Assembly (NCBI GenBank): GCA_045568075.1
Contig: JBJLBP010000001.1
Coordinates: forward strand, 900,001-932,000
DNA: 32,000 nucleotides
Direction: 5' to 3'
Source of the DNA: Candidatus Thalassarchaeaceae archaeon
GTDB taxonomy: Archaea > Thermoplasmatota > Poseidoniia > Poseidoniales > Thalassarchaeaceae
The stretch's first letter is position 1; every line of letters starts with the position of its first letter. This document shows, piece by piece, positions 14,616-22,463 of the stretch. The notes below the pieces were generated by a model. That model saw only the letters and a program-made list of their open reading frames with translations. It was not told the origin of the DNA and ran no database searches. A program made the translations under genes and the position numbers.

Positions 14616-15125
14616 TCATCGCCTTGTCCAAATTGAATAGGTTGAATTGTATTCATTATCGTCATCTTTGGCAATTTTTTCAATTATATTTTCAACCCAA
14701 TCATTACGATTCCATGCTGGGAATGAAACATCTCCACTTTGCGATGTGTGTACTGAAGTCAAGTGGATTTCTTCGACTCTATCAAGAAACATTTCGTATA
14801 TTTGCGAGCCGCCAATTATCCAGCATTCATCACAACCGTCAGCATAGGCTATCTCTATTGCCCTACCTGGATAAAGTGCGTTTTCAGCACCCTCATGACC
14901 CCACCCGGTATCTCTAGACATTACTATGTTCAATCGTTCGGGAAGTGGGCGGAAGGAGGGGGGTAGAGATTCCCAAGTCTTCCGACCCATTATCACAGCG
15001 TTGAATCCATCAGCCTCAGTCAGGCGCTTGAAGCGAACCATATCGCTTGACAAGCGCCATGGCAATTCGTTGCCGCGACCGATGCATCCATCGTCATCCA
15101 TCGCTACGATCATTGCGAGCTTCAT
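14616..15125 (-). CDS. folA: Dihydrofolate reductase
   Basis: The sequence 'MKLAMIVAMDDDGCIGRGNELPWRLSSDMVRFKRLT...VIMGRKTWESLP...RPLPERLNIVMSR...WIIGGSQIYEMFL...EIHLTSV' matches the bacterial-type DHFR signature. Confidence 0.92.
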   Translation of the reverse strand: MKLAMIVAMDDDGCIGRGNELPWRLSSDMVRFKRLTEADGFNAVIMGRKTWESLPPSFRPLPERLNIVMSRDTGWGHEGAENALYPGRAIEIAYADGCDECWIIGGSQIYEMFLDRVEEIHLTSVHTSQSGDVSFPAWNRNDWVENIIEKIAKDDDNEYNSTYSIWTRR

Positions 15126-15134
15126 TCAACCACA

Positions 15135-15929
15135 TCACACAGAAATTGGGGCCACAATGTGAGGATGATGCTCGTATCCTTCTATCACGATATGCTCACC
15201 AGTGAATCCATCGATATCCATCACGCTGGGGTCGAGCCGTAGTCGAGGTAGTTCTAGCGGCTCGCGCGAAATCTGTTCACGGGCTTGATCAAGATGATTG
15301 AGATACAGGTGACAATCTCCTCCGGTCCAGACAAATTCCCCAGGCTCGAGACCGCAGACTTGCGCCATCATACAAGTCAACAAACTGTAGGAAGAGATGT
15401 TGAATGGAACGCCGAGGAAGGCATCGGCACTACGTTGGTAGAGTTGGCAAGACAAGCGACCGTCGTTGACGTAGAATTGAAAGAATGCGTGACAAGGCAT
15501 CAACGCCATCTCGTCAAGCTCACCCACATTCCAAGCCGATACGATAATCCGTCGTGAACTAGGATTGGTTTTGATCATTTCAATAGCGTTCTCAATCTGA
15601 TCGACGACACGCCCATCTGGAGTCTCCCACTTCCTCCATTGCTTACCATAAACAGGCCCGAGATTGCCTTCTTCATCCGCCCACTCATTCCAAATTCGAA
15701 CTTTATTCTCTTGCAGATAAGCTACGTTGGTATCACCGGAAAGGAACCACAGTAATTCGTGAATTATGCTTGGCCAATGCAAGCGTTTGGTTGTCACGGC
15801 TGGAAAAGTTTCGGATAAATCAAATCGCATCTGATGACCAAAAACAGAGATGGTTCCAGTCCCAGTCCTGTCCGACTTTTCGTCACCCTCATCGAGGATG
15901 CGCTTGAGGAATGCGAGGTATTGCTCCAT
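15135..15929 (-). CDS. thyA: Thymidylate synthase ThyA
   Basis: '[31 protein letters not shown]', 'LPPCH'-equivalent '[14 protein letters not shown]', '[25 protein letters not shown]' and 'GDCHLYLNH' are all present. It ends 9 nt before folA. Confidence 0.97.
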   Translation of the reverse strand: MEQYLAFLKRILDEGDEKSDRTGTGTISVFGHQMRFDLSETFPAVTTKRLHWPSIIHELLWFLSGDTNVAYLQENKVRIWNEWADEEGNLGPVYGKQWRKWETPDGRVVDQIENAIEMIKTNPSSRRIIVSAWNVGELDEMALMPCHAFFQFYVNDGRLSCQLYQRSADAFLGVPFNISSYSLLTCMMAQVCGLEPGEFVWTGGDCHLYLNHLDQAREQISREPLELPRLRLDPSVMDIDGFTGEHIVIEGYEHHPHIVAPISV

Positions 15930-16012
15930 GCCGACTATGCTGACTGAACCTCACAAGTCCATGAAGGATGCGGCGGAAATCACTCAAATTCATCGGCCAT
16001 TCGACAAGATTG

Positions 16013-16789
16013 TCAAGGCGCTCCGAGAATACGAAGATTCTCGATTAATTGGTCTGTGAATCCACGATATAGGGCTTTCATGATTGAACGTTGACCATGT
16101 TCATCGAGGTCAGTCAAGTTCGAAATATCCTCGTCATTCATCGCTCCGCCGGACTCATCTGTCAACCATTCTGCGAAACTGATGGGGTTGTCGATGTGGA
16201 CCTCTACGCGCGCGAAAGGATTGACTTTAGCAGAACCGGGAGCCAGGAAGTTCCGAGCTCCAAGAATTGCCATGGGCACCACAGGAACTTCCGGGAATCG
16301 AGCGGCGAGTCGAGCCACACCTGTTTTGCCACGTAAGAGAAAAGGTGCTTCGGTGCGGCGCGACCGTGTTCCTTCTGGAAAAATTCCCATCACGCCACCA
16401 CCTTCGAGAACATCAACAGCCATTGTCAGTGCCTCGGTGCCACCAGTCTCTCGAATAGTCTCTATCTGACCGGTGGAGGTCATCAATTTCTGGAATGTTT
16501 TATCTTCAAAATGCTCTGCTTTTGCTAGATAGTGAACCGGCCTACGAGCCCCCATGATTTTGACAATTGGATCAATATGAGATGTATGATTACCAGCCAG
16601 GATCGTAGGTCCACTTTTCGGAATTCTTTCTATTCCTTCATATCGAACATTCGTCATGCTACGAACTATTGGTGGCATCACTTGCATCAGTGCCTTGTAG
16701 AATAGCGGAGCTGAGTAGTTCTGTCCGGTTCCATCTAAGCCGGTAAGCCTCGATAATTCGGCGAGACTATCTTCGGTCAGTGTCGCCAT
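16013..16789 (-). CDS. PlsC/LPLAT-family acyltransferase (1-acyl-sn-glycerol-3-phosphate acyltransferase-like)
   Basis: Block I 'AGNHTSHIDP' (H-x4-D), block III 'IFPEGTRSR' and block IV 'VPVVPMAILG' are present. The ATG at 16789 is preferred over the track TTG at 16801. Confidence 0.8.
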   Translation of the reverse strand: MATLTEDSLAELSRLTGLDGTGQNYSAPLFYKALMQVMPPIVRSMTNVRYEGIERIPKSGPTILAGNHTSHIDPIVKIMGARRPVHYLAKAEHFEDKTFQKLMTSTGQIETIRETGGTEALTMAVDVLEGGGVMGIFPEGTRSRRTEAPFLLRGKTGVARLAARFPEVPVVPMAILGARNFLAPGSAKVNPFARVEVHIDNPISFAEWLTDESGGAMNDEDISNLTDLDEHGQRSIMKALYRGFTDQLIENLRILGAP

Positions 16790-16869
16790 CGTCCCTTCCA
16801 ATCATCCCCTGCATTATTGCTTTGCGCCACTGCGATGCTTTCTTCTTCTCCTCCTCGCACCCTCGTCAC

Positions 16870-18003
16870 GTGCTCACTCGACGGTTCGTGTGCCTCGCGC
16901 TTACGGCACTCCTACTGGTTCCGATGATTGCTACTCCGGCCCTTGCCGAATGGGATGAGGATAATTGGTTGTGGAATATCATTGGGCCGGAACGCCTCGC
17001 CCTTGGTGATGAATTTGGCTGCCATGGCTACGAGGGCGTCGACATCCGTGAAGACCCCCTAGTTGTCGAAGATTGTCGAGATTATCTTGTTGGATTCACC
17101 GATTCATCTCGATGGGGGCAGAATCCAGTCTCCTTCGGTCATCCAAATGGTGCTGTGATGGCCGAAACGGCTACTAGCCTGCAAAATGCAGGTTTTTCCA
17201 TTATTGGAGATATGATAGAAGGTGATTCTCATAGTCTCGAATTAGTCCAACGAACGACCAGTTTAGAGAAGGGACAAGCCGACTTGGAGGCTTTGGAGAA
17301 TGCCGAAGCAGATTCGCTGATCAGTATCTATTGGGTTGCTCGCTGGTATGATGTGAAAATTCGTGAGGATAAGGGTGCAATCTCATTACTCGAATCACAG
17401 GATATCTGGTTCACTACATGGGGTGAGTGGCATGGACACCGTGATTCGAGTGAATCATTCAACAGAATCCTAAATTCAGAACCGACCACTCAGTCATATC
17501 AGATTTCAAACTTTGATGATTCTAATTGGGATGTGCCAGGAACAGCCCTATTCGAGTGGTCTGAAGCCCCAAACCAGATTCTCTTTGATGGCGAGAGTGC
17601 CCTACTCATCCCAACCAGTCAGCGTCACCTGATAACCGGGGTCCGTCCTATCGAAGGTGGTGCCTTCATCACTGCCGCACCTGGTGTCACTATCGACCTC
17701 ATCTTCGATACAGCGAATGTTTCGGTTTCCAAAACCCCACAAACAACATTCAACGGATTACACCACTCGGTTACAATCGTTGGTCATCACGTCACTAATC
17801 TCCACGAGTGGTCGTCAGATTTCTATAATTCACCCCTCAGATTTACTTGGCTTATCGAGCGCCCAGCAGCACTCGAAATGAATTGGCATCTACCAGTAAT
17901 AGCAATCGCAGTCCTGATTGCTACACCAGCCACCATCAAGTGGCTGGTCGCCCGTGATCAAGAATCACAAAATGTCGGGCCCGTCGATACGGATTCTCTC
18001 TGA
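16870..18003 (+). CDS. Secreted, C-terminally anchored protein of unknown function
   Basis: The in-frame GTG at 16870 gives 'M/VLTRRFVCLALTALLLVPMIATPALAEWDED', a signal-peptide-like start. The track start at 16780 overlaps the divergent gene. The C-terminal TM is 'LPVIAIAVLIATPATIKWLV'. The last 39 nt overlap the convergent 17965..19020 gene. Confidence 0.55.
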   Translation: MLTRRFVCLALTALLLVPMIATPALAEWDEDNWLWNIIGPERLALGDEFGCHGYEGVDIREDPLVVEDCRDYLVGFTDSSRWGQNPVSFGHPNGAVMAETATSLQNAGFSIIGDMIEGDSHSLELVQRTTSLEKGQADLEALENAEADSLISIYWVARWYDVKIREDKGAISLLESQDIWFTTWGEWHGHRDSSESFNRILNSEPTTQSYQISNFDDSNWDVPGTALFEWSEAPNQILFDGESALLIPTSQRHLITGVRPIEGGAFITAAPGVTIDLIFDTANVSVSKTPQTTFNGLHHSVTIVGHHVTNLHEWSSDFYNSPLRFTWLIERPAALEMNWHLPVIAIAVLIATPATIKWLVARDQESQNVGPVDTDSL

Positions 18004-19020
18004 TCGCATCATATCGACGATGTCCGAAATCACCACATCGCTGAGAACTTCAGGCGCATGAACACCTGCTGGGAGCATTTCTGGGTCTGATAGCCAAGCT
18101 TCGACGCAGCAGGCAGTAACCATCCCAGTCGTCCTTGCCATAGAATGGCCATCATCACCCCCATGGTCTTCAACTTCCCATTCAAGAATCTCCCCGTTTC
18201 TCCCTTCGGCGCGCACCTTCATCCAAGTGAATTCTGGGACTTTGTGATCGTATTCCCATTCGAGAATCAATTGATTCTCGTTTATTTCTCCTGCATCGCG
18301 CATGTCGATATATTTCTGAATATGTCCGGGCCATCGCACAGTGAATTCAGACATCTCGACCGCTGGAATTGATTTGAGAACAGAGCGTAACCCATCGGTC
18401 AGAAATGCCTCCATATCGCCATGTTCACCTGTGTCAACCATATGCCGCAGGCTCAATGCTGGAAGAACCACTTCTTCTCCATCGCGGACAACTCTCGCTG
18501 GTCGTGTGTATTCGGCAATCACGTCGATGGGTGAGAAGGGTGCCATGTAGGACCATTCGCCGAAAGGTCCGGTAGGGTTTCCACCGACCCAGACTTCGGC
18601 TTTTTGTAGAGGTCCTATTCGTCGGTCGGCGATTGCCAACAACATATTCGAAAGCCCAGGTGCGATACCAACATCCCAGAGAATTGTCGCGCCGTAATCA
18701 CGTGCTTTCTCATCGTCGCGGTCTGGGGTATGAGCGCTGAAACTTAGGTCGACAACACGATATGGCGATTCAGCGAGAATTGTGGTCGCAGCATGGCCGA
18801 TAGAACCTGGTAGCATATTGACTACCATATCTACTGGCCCATTTTGCTGGAAAGGCGTCATATCGTCGAAGAGGTCACAGGAGTGGGCAGTAACCCCATC
18901 AACGCCGAGGACGTTGTGTGGATGGAGGTCGTAGGCATGGACTTCGTGTCCGGCCGCAGCCAACCTCTTGACAACCCAAGCTCCGACCAAGCCCGTGCCG
19001 AGACAATGCACTACTGCCAT
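17965..19020 (-). CDS. Saccharopine dehydrogenase-like NAD(P)-dependent oxidoreductase
   Basis: Rossmann start 'VVHCLGTGLVGAWVVKRLAAAGHEVHAYD', then 'VVNMLPGSIGHAATTILAESPYRVVDLSF' and 'ILWDVGIAPGLSNMLLA'. These are typical of the Sacchrp_dh family. The substrate cannot be determined. Confidence 0.7.
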   Translation of the reverse strand: MAVVHCLGTGLVGAWVVKRLAAAGHEVHAYDLHPHNVLGVDGVTAHSCDLFDDMTPFQQNGPVDMVVNMLPGSIGHAATTILAESPYRVVDLSFSAHTPDRDDEKARDYGATILWDVGIAPGLSNMLLAIADRRIGPLQKAEVWVGGNPTGPFGEWSYMAPFSPIDVIAEYTRPARVVRDGEEVVLPALSLRHMVDTGEHGDMEAFLTDGLRSVLKSIPAVEMSEFTVRWPGHIQKYIDMRDAGEINENQLILEWEYDHKVPEFTWMKVRAEGRNGEILEWEVEDHGGDDGHSMARTTGMVTACCVEAWLSDPEMLPAGVHAPEVLSDVVISDIVDMMRSERIRIDGPDIL

Positions 19021-19075
19021 GGCACGGGAAGTCCCGCTGAGTTATTGATAGGTTCCAGTCAGCCTCGTCGCGCAA

Positions 19076-19083
19076 TTTTATGG
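19076..19083 (+). promoter_or_regulatory. TATA-like box (TTTTATGG) upstream of trpS
   Basis: About 40 nt upstream of the GTG at 19120, in the 99-nt divergent intergenic region. The context TTTATGGCG is identical to the box at 2144..2152 on the minus strand. Confidence 0.3.
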
Positions 19084-19119
19084 CGATTAGTTGATTGAGG
19101 AGAGAATTCGCGTCGGGGT

Positions 19120-20502
19120 GTGGCCGACGGCGAACGCATCGATCCTTGGTCGTCTGAGCAGTCTACAGACTATGCTCGGATTCGAGACCAATTTGGGCTA
19201 GAAGGCGTCGATGTTTCTAAACTACCAAACCCTGGGATGTTACATCGAAGGGGAATTGTCTTCGCCCATCGTGACCTCGATGTTATTCTAGGCTGCATCG
19301 AGCGTTCAGACCCATTTGGAGTCCTGACTGGATTAATGCCGAGCGGACGGATGCATCTTGGGCATTCGATGGTAATTGACCAAGTTCGCTGGTTCCAGGA
19401 ACAGGGTGCTGATATCACCGTAACTGTAGCTGATCTCGAGGCTCTTGCTACAAGGGGTACGAGCCTCGCTGAAGGTCGCGAGAATGCAATCAACGAATAT
19501 GTCCACAATTACGCTGCTCTCGGGCTTGATCCGTCGAATACCAACGTCTACTTTCAGAGTAGTCGGCCGGCGGTTCAGAGACTCGCATTCACTCTTGGCC
19601 GGCGTACGAACCTCTCGGAATTCGAGGCGATCTATGGATTCCGTGGCGATACAAACCTAGCTCACGTTCAGGCGCCTCTTGTTCAGGCGGGCGATATCAT
19701 TCATCCTCAACTCGAGGAATATGGGGGGCTGCGTCCAATCGTAGTCCCTGTTGGAGTAGATCAAGACCCTCATCTTCGGCTTACTCGTGGAATTGCCGGC
19801 AAAACCCATTGGTTCAACGTTAAACCTCGTAAAGCTGGAGGACTGACTGTTGCACTCTCAGTTCAGACCGATAATGCAGAATTATTCGGAGTGGCGCCAA
19901 ATGGACGAGTTGATCGCGCTACTAGAGAGACCATATTCCAGCGATTGAAGGACAGTCTCGCTCCTATGGGTTATGCGGATTTCGTCGCTAATCCCAAACA
20001 CGGAACTCTCGATATTCCTGGAGCAAATCTCAGCGATGCGGGGCAGGTCCGAATGTGCGTGCTTGCGCTAGAGCGAGAAATGGGTGGAATGGGTCTGATG
20101 CCTCCTTGCTCAACTTACCATCGTTTCGCAGTGGGTATGACTGGTGACAAGATGTCATCATCCAAGCCGCAGACGACGATTTTCATGGACGATAGCATCG
20201 AAGAGATGTCAAAGAAGGTCAAGCGGGCTTTCAGCGGCGGTCAGCCAACAGTCGAAGAGCACCGCCGCCTCGGAGGAGATTGCTCGAAAGATGTGGCTTT
20301 CCAATATCTGCAATTCTTCTTTGAGCCAGATGATTCGGAACTTGGTCGTATTGCTCGTGAATACGAATCAGGGCGCATGCTAGCGGGTGAAATCAAGCAG
20401 ATTTGCATCGAAAGGGCGAGTGAATGGCTAACCGATTTGTCAGAGAAGCGCGATATGTGGGAAGGTCGTTTGGACGAATTCCTTGCAGCAGACGCTCTGT
20501 GA
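19120..20502 (+). CDS. trpS: Tryptophanyl-tRNA synthetase, archaeal/eukaryotic type, with an internal insertion
   Basis: N-terminal 'IDPWSSEQSTDYARIRDQFGLE'. HIGH-type motif 'SGRMHLGH'. 'VTVADLEA', 'VGVDQDPHLRLTRGIA' and the KMSKS-type 'KMSSSKP' are present. At 460 aa it is about 80-100 aa longer than the compact archaeal enzymes I recall. Confidence 0.85.
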   Translation: MADGERIDPWSSEQSTDYARIRDQFGLEGVDVSKLPNPGMLHRRGIVFAHRDLDVILGCIERSDPFGVLTGLMPSGRMHLGHSMVIDQVRWFQEQGADITVTVADLEALATRGTSLAEGRENAINEYVHNYAALGLDPSNTNVYFQSSRPAVQRLAFTLGRRTNLSEFEAIYGFRGDTNLAHVQAPLVQAGDIIHPQLEEYGGLRPIVVPVGVDQDPHLRLTRGIAGKTHWFNVKPRKAGGLTVALSVQTDNAELFGVAPNGRVDRATRETIFQRLKDSLAPMGYADFVANPKHGTLDIPGANLSDAGQVRMCVLALEREMGGMGLMPPCSTYHRFAVGMTGDKMSSSKPQTTIFMDDSIEEMSKKVKRAFSGGQPTVEEHRRLGGDCSKDVAFQYLQFFFEPDDSELGRIAREYESGRMLAGEIKQICIERASEWLTDLSEKRDMWEGRLDEFLAADAL

Positions 20503-20524
20503 ACTTAGGCAACCAATGCCCAGC

Positions 20525-21130
20525 TCATTCTTGCAAATCTCTCGCATCGAATACAGGGATTTGCGGACCAGTCGCAAGCGCTGCAATTTCTTCTGTTGAA
20601 AGTTCGGCAGATTTTGCTTGATCAGAGAGAATTTGGGAATGTCCCATCGGGTCGAGCAATAGTAATTCGACACTTTCTTCTCCTTCGCGCACGCGAGAGA
20701 GATGTCCAATCAATTCTTGGCAGGCCTCAGCCTGATCGTTACCCTCTTCACCCTCAATCATCGCTGACCTCAGAATAATGCCAATTGCATCTTCAAATCT
20801 CTTCAACACACCTTCGACATTCGAAATGTAGCCAGTTGCATTGTCTCCGGGCTCTACCTCGAGCCCCAATTCTACGATGCGCACAGTACAAGATGAGGAA
20901 CGAACCACGCGCGTCGACATCTGCTCAGCTGAATTCACAGTCAGTGACCAAACACTGGGTTTCTTACCTTCTGATGGAATGAAATCGGTGCGCCTCCAGC
21001 CGCATTCATCGCACACCAAGGTCATCTCGGTGTGCTCACCGAAATAGGCAATTTCCGATGTGTGAACGGTAAGTTTCAGCCCTGCTTGACTGTGACATAT
21101 TGGGCAGGGCTGCTCTATTTTACTCTCCAA
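20525..21130 (-). CDS. ZPR1-type zinc-finger protein
   Basis: 'CPICHSQAGLKLTVHTSEIAYFGEHTEMTLVCDECGWRRTDF' (C-x2-C...C-x2-C) is followed by the ZPR1 beta-domain 'TRVVRSSSCTVRIVELGLEVEPG...GYISNVEGVL'. TTG start, preceded by GGTGAGGGA (Shine-Dalgarno-like), 9 nt after the upstream stop. Confidence 0.8.
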   Translation of the reverse strand: MESKIEQPCPICHSQAGLKLTVHTSEIAYFGEHTEMTLVCDECGWRRTDFIPSEGKKPSVWSLTVNSAEQMSTRVVRSSSCTVRIVELGLEVEPGDNATGYISNVEGVLKRFEDAIGIILRSAMIEGEEGNDQAEACQELIGHLSRVREGEESVELLLLDPMGHSQILSDQAKSAELSTEEIAALATGPQIPVFDARDLQE

Positions 21131-21139
21131 TCCCTCACC

Positions 21140-21547
21140 TCAGTAAGCGAATGACTCGCCCTCGGAAATATCGAAGGTGGAGGGCAGAAGAAGAAGTCTC
21201 GATTGTCCTAATCTGATGACTTCTCCGGCCATATCAGCCTCGACGAATGATTGAATTTTGTCGACGGCCATTTTTAATTCAGTCTCGGCCGTCAATAATC
21301 TACTCATTTCGAGAATTACTATGTCTCCATCCGATAACCAATCAAGAATGTCGGGGATACCGGTTATGTCGTCGAGCACAGCACGGTGGACTATCACATC
21401 TCCAACACCTCTGGCTACAGGAGCGTCCGCGTACAGCTCTCCAAGGTCGTGATAATCCTGGCCGGCTTCGATGGTTGCTGTCGATGCCTGCACGGGCAGG
21501 CTCGGCATCTCAATCCACCTCGGCTCGGGGCGCGTCTCCTTGGCCAT
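21140..21547 (-). CDS. sepF: SepF-like (DUF552) cell-division protein
   Basis: 'VIVHRAVLDDITGIPDILDWLSDGDIVILEMSRLLTAETELKMAVDKIQSFVEADMAGEVIRLGQSRLLLLPSTFDI' follows the SepF core pattern. The ATG at 21547 (MAKETRPEP) is preferred over the track start at 21616. Confidence 0.6.
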   Translation of the reverse strand: MAKETRPEPRWIEMPSLPVQASTATIEAGQDYHDLGELYADAPVARGVGDVIVHRAVLDDITGIPDILDWLSDGDIVILEMSRLLTAETELKMAVDKIQSFVEADMAGEVIRLGQSRLLLLPSTFDISEGESFAY

Positions 21548-21755
21548 GCTCACATCCGGAGTCGCGTGCTCTTTGAGCAATACGGTCCACATTGTGTATC
21601 TGAATGCAAATCGCAAGGGTCGTTCGCGTTTCGGAGAAACCCAGCCAAGCAGAGTAAGCAGAGTTTAGCAAGGTTCGCTCCGTAGCCCCCCGTCGGATTG
21701 ATAAGGGGCCGGATTCGAGTTGTATTCGCAGGGAACTCTCCGTGCGGTCGATCTC

Positions 21756-22382
21756 ATGAATGCAGAAGCAAACGCCGTCAAGACCGGAACCAGCACCATA
21801 GGCATCACCTTCGATGGTGGTGTAGTCGTCGGTGCCGATCATCGAGCGACTATGGGACACTTCATTGCTAACAAGAGCGTTCAGAAGTTGTTCAAGATCT
21901 CTGAGAACGTCGCATTGACTACAGCAGGGCTTGTCGGACACGCACAGTCACTATCTCGCACACTCGCTGCCGAATTGCGATTGTATGAATTGAAGCGCAA
22001 TACTCCGATGACAGTTCGTGGGGCAGCCACGCTCACTGCAAACATCCTAGTTGGCCGCCCACATTACGTCCAACTCCTAATCGTCGGAACCGATGAAGAC
22101 GGTCCTAGCGTCTATTCCATCGATTCCGCCGGCGGCTCGATTCCAGACGTCTATTGCGCCACCGGATCGGGCAGTCCGTACATGTATGGTGTGCTTGAAG
22201 ACCAATACAAGGACGGAATGACTGAAAATCAAGCACTCAAGGTCGCAGCCAAGGCTCTTCTGGCTTCCGCACAGCGTGATGCTGCTAGCGGAAACGGAAT
22301 GGATTTGGCCGTTATAACCAAAGACAAAGGCTTCCAGCTATTGTCCGAGAGCGCGGTCACTACCTTGCTCTCCAACCTGTAA
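21756..22382 (+). CDS. psmB: Proteasome subunit beta
   Basis: Propeptide 'MNAEANAVKTG', then the catalytic Thr in 'TSTIGITFDGGVVVGADHRATMGHFIANKSVQKLFKI...TTAGLVGHAQSL...LYELKR'. The ATG at 21756 is preferred over the track TTG at 21720. Confidence 0.93.
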   Translation: MNAEANAVKTGTSTIGITFDGGVVVGADHRATMGHFIANKSVQKLFKISENVALTTAGLVGHAQSLSRTLAAELRLYELKRNTPMTVRGAATLTANILVGRPHYVQLLIVGTDEDGPSVYSIDSAGGSIPDVYCATGSGSPYMYGVLEDQYKDGMTENQALKVAAKALLASAQRDAASGNGMDLAVITKDKGFQLLSESAVTTLLSNL

Positions 22383-22463
22383 TCGAACTCCACGGCTTCG
22401 CGCCGAACCTCCTCTTTAGAGGAATTTAGGCCGAGGGTGGAGTTCCTCTTTGAGGTGGTTTGA

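Noticed and set aside
19804-20103. The TrpRS insertion as an intein
   Set aside because: It is too short, at about 100 aa. It has no Cys/Ser at the N-junction, no His-Asn plus Cys/Ser/Thr at the C-junction, and no homing-endonuclease motifs.
21510-21941. Track ORF 21510..21941 (-, 143 aa) spanning the sepF/psmB divergent region
   Set aside because: It overlaps the well-supported psmB 5' end in antisense, and it also overlaps the SepF-like N-terminus in another frame. No motifs were seen.
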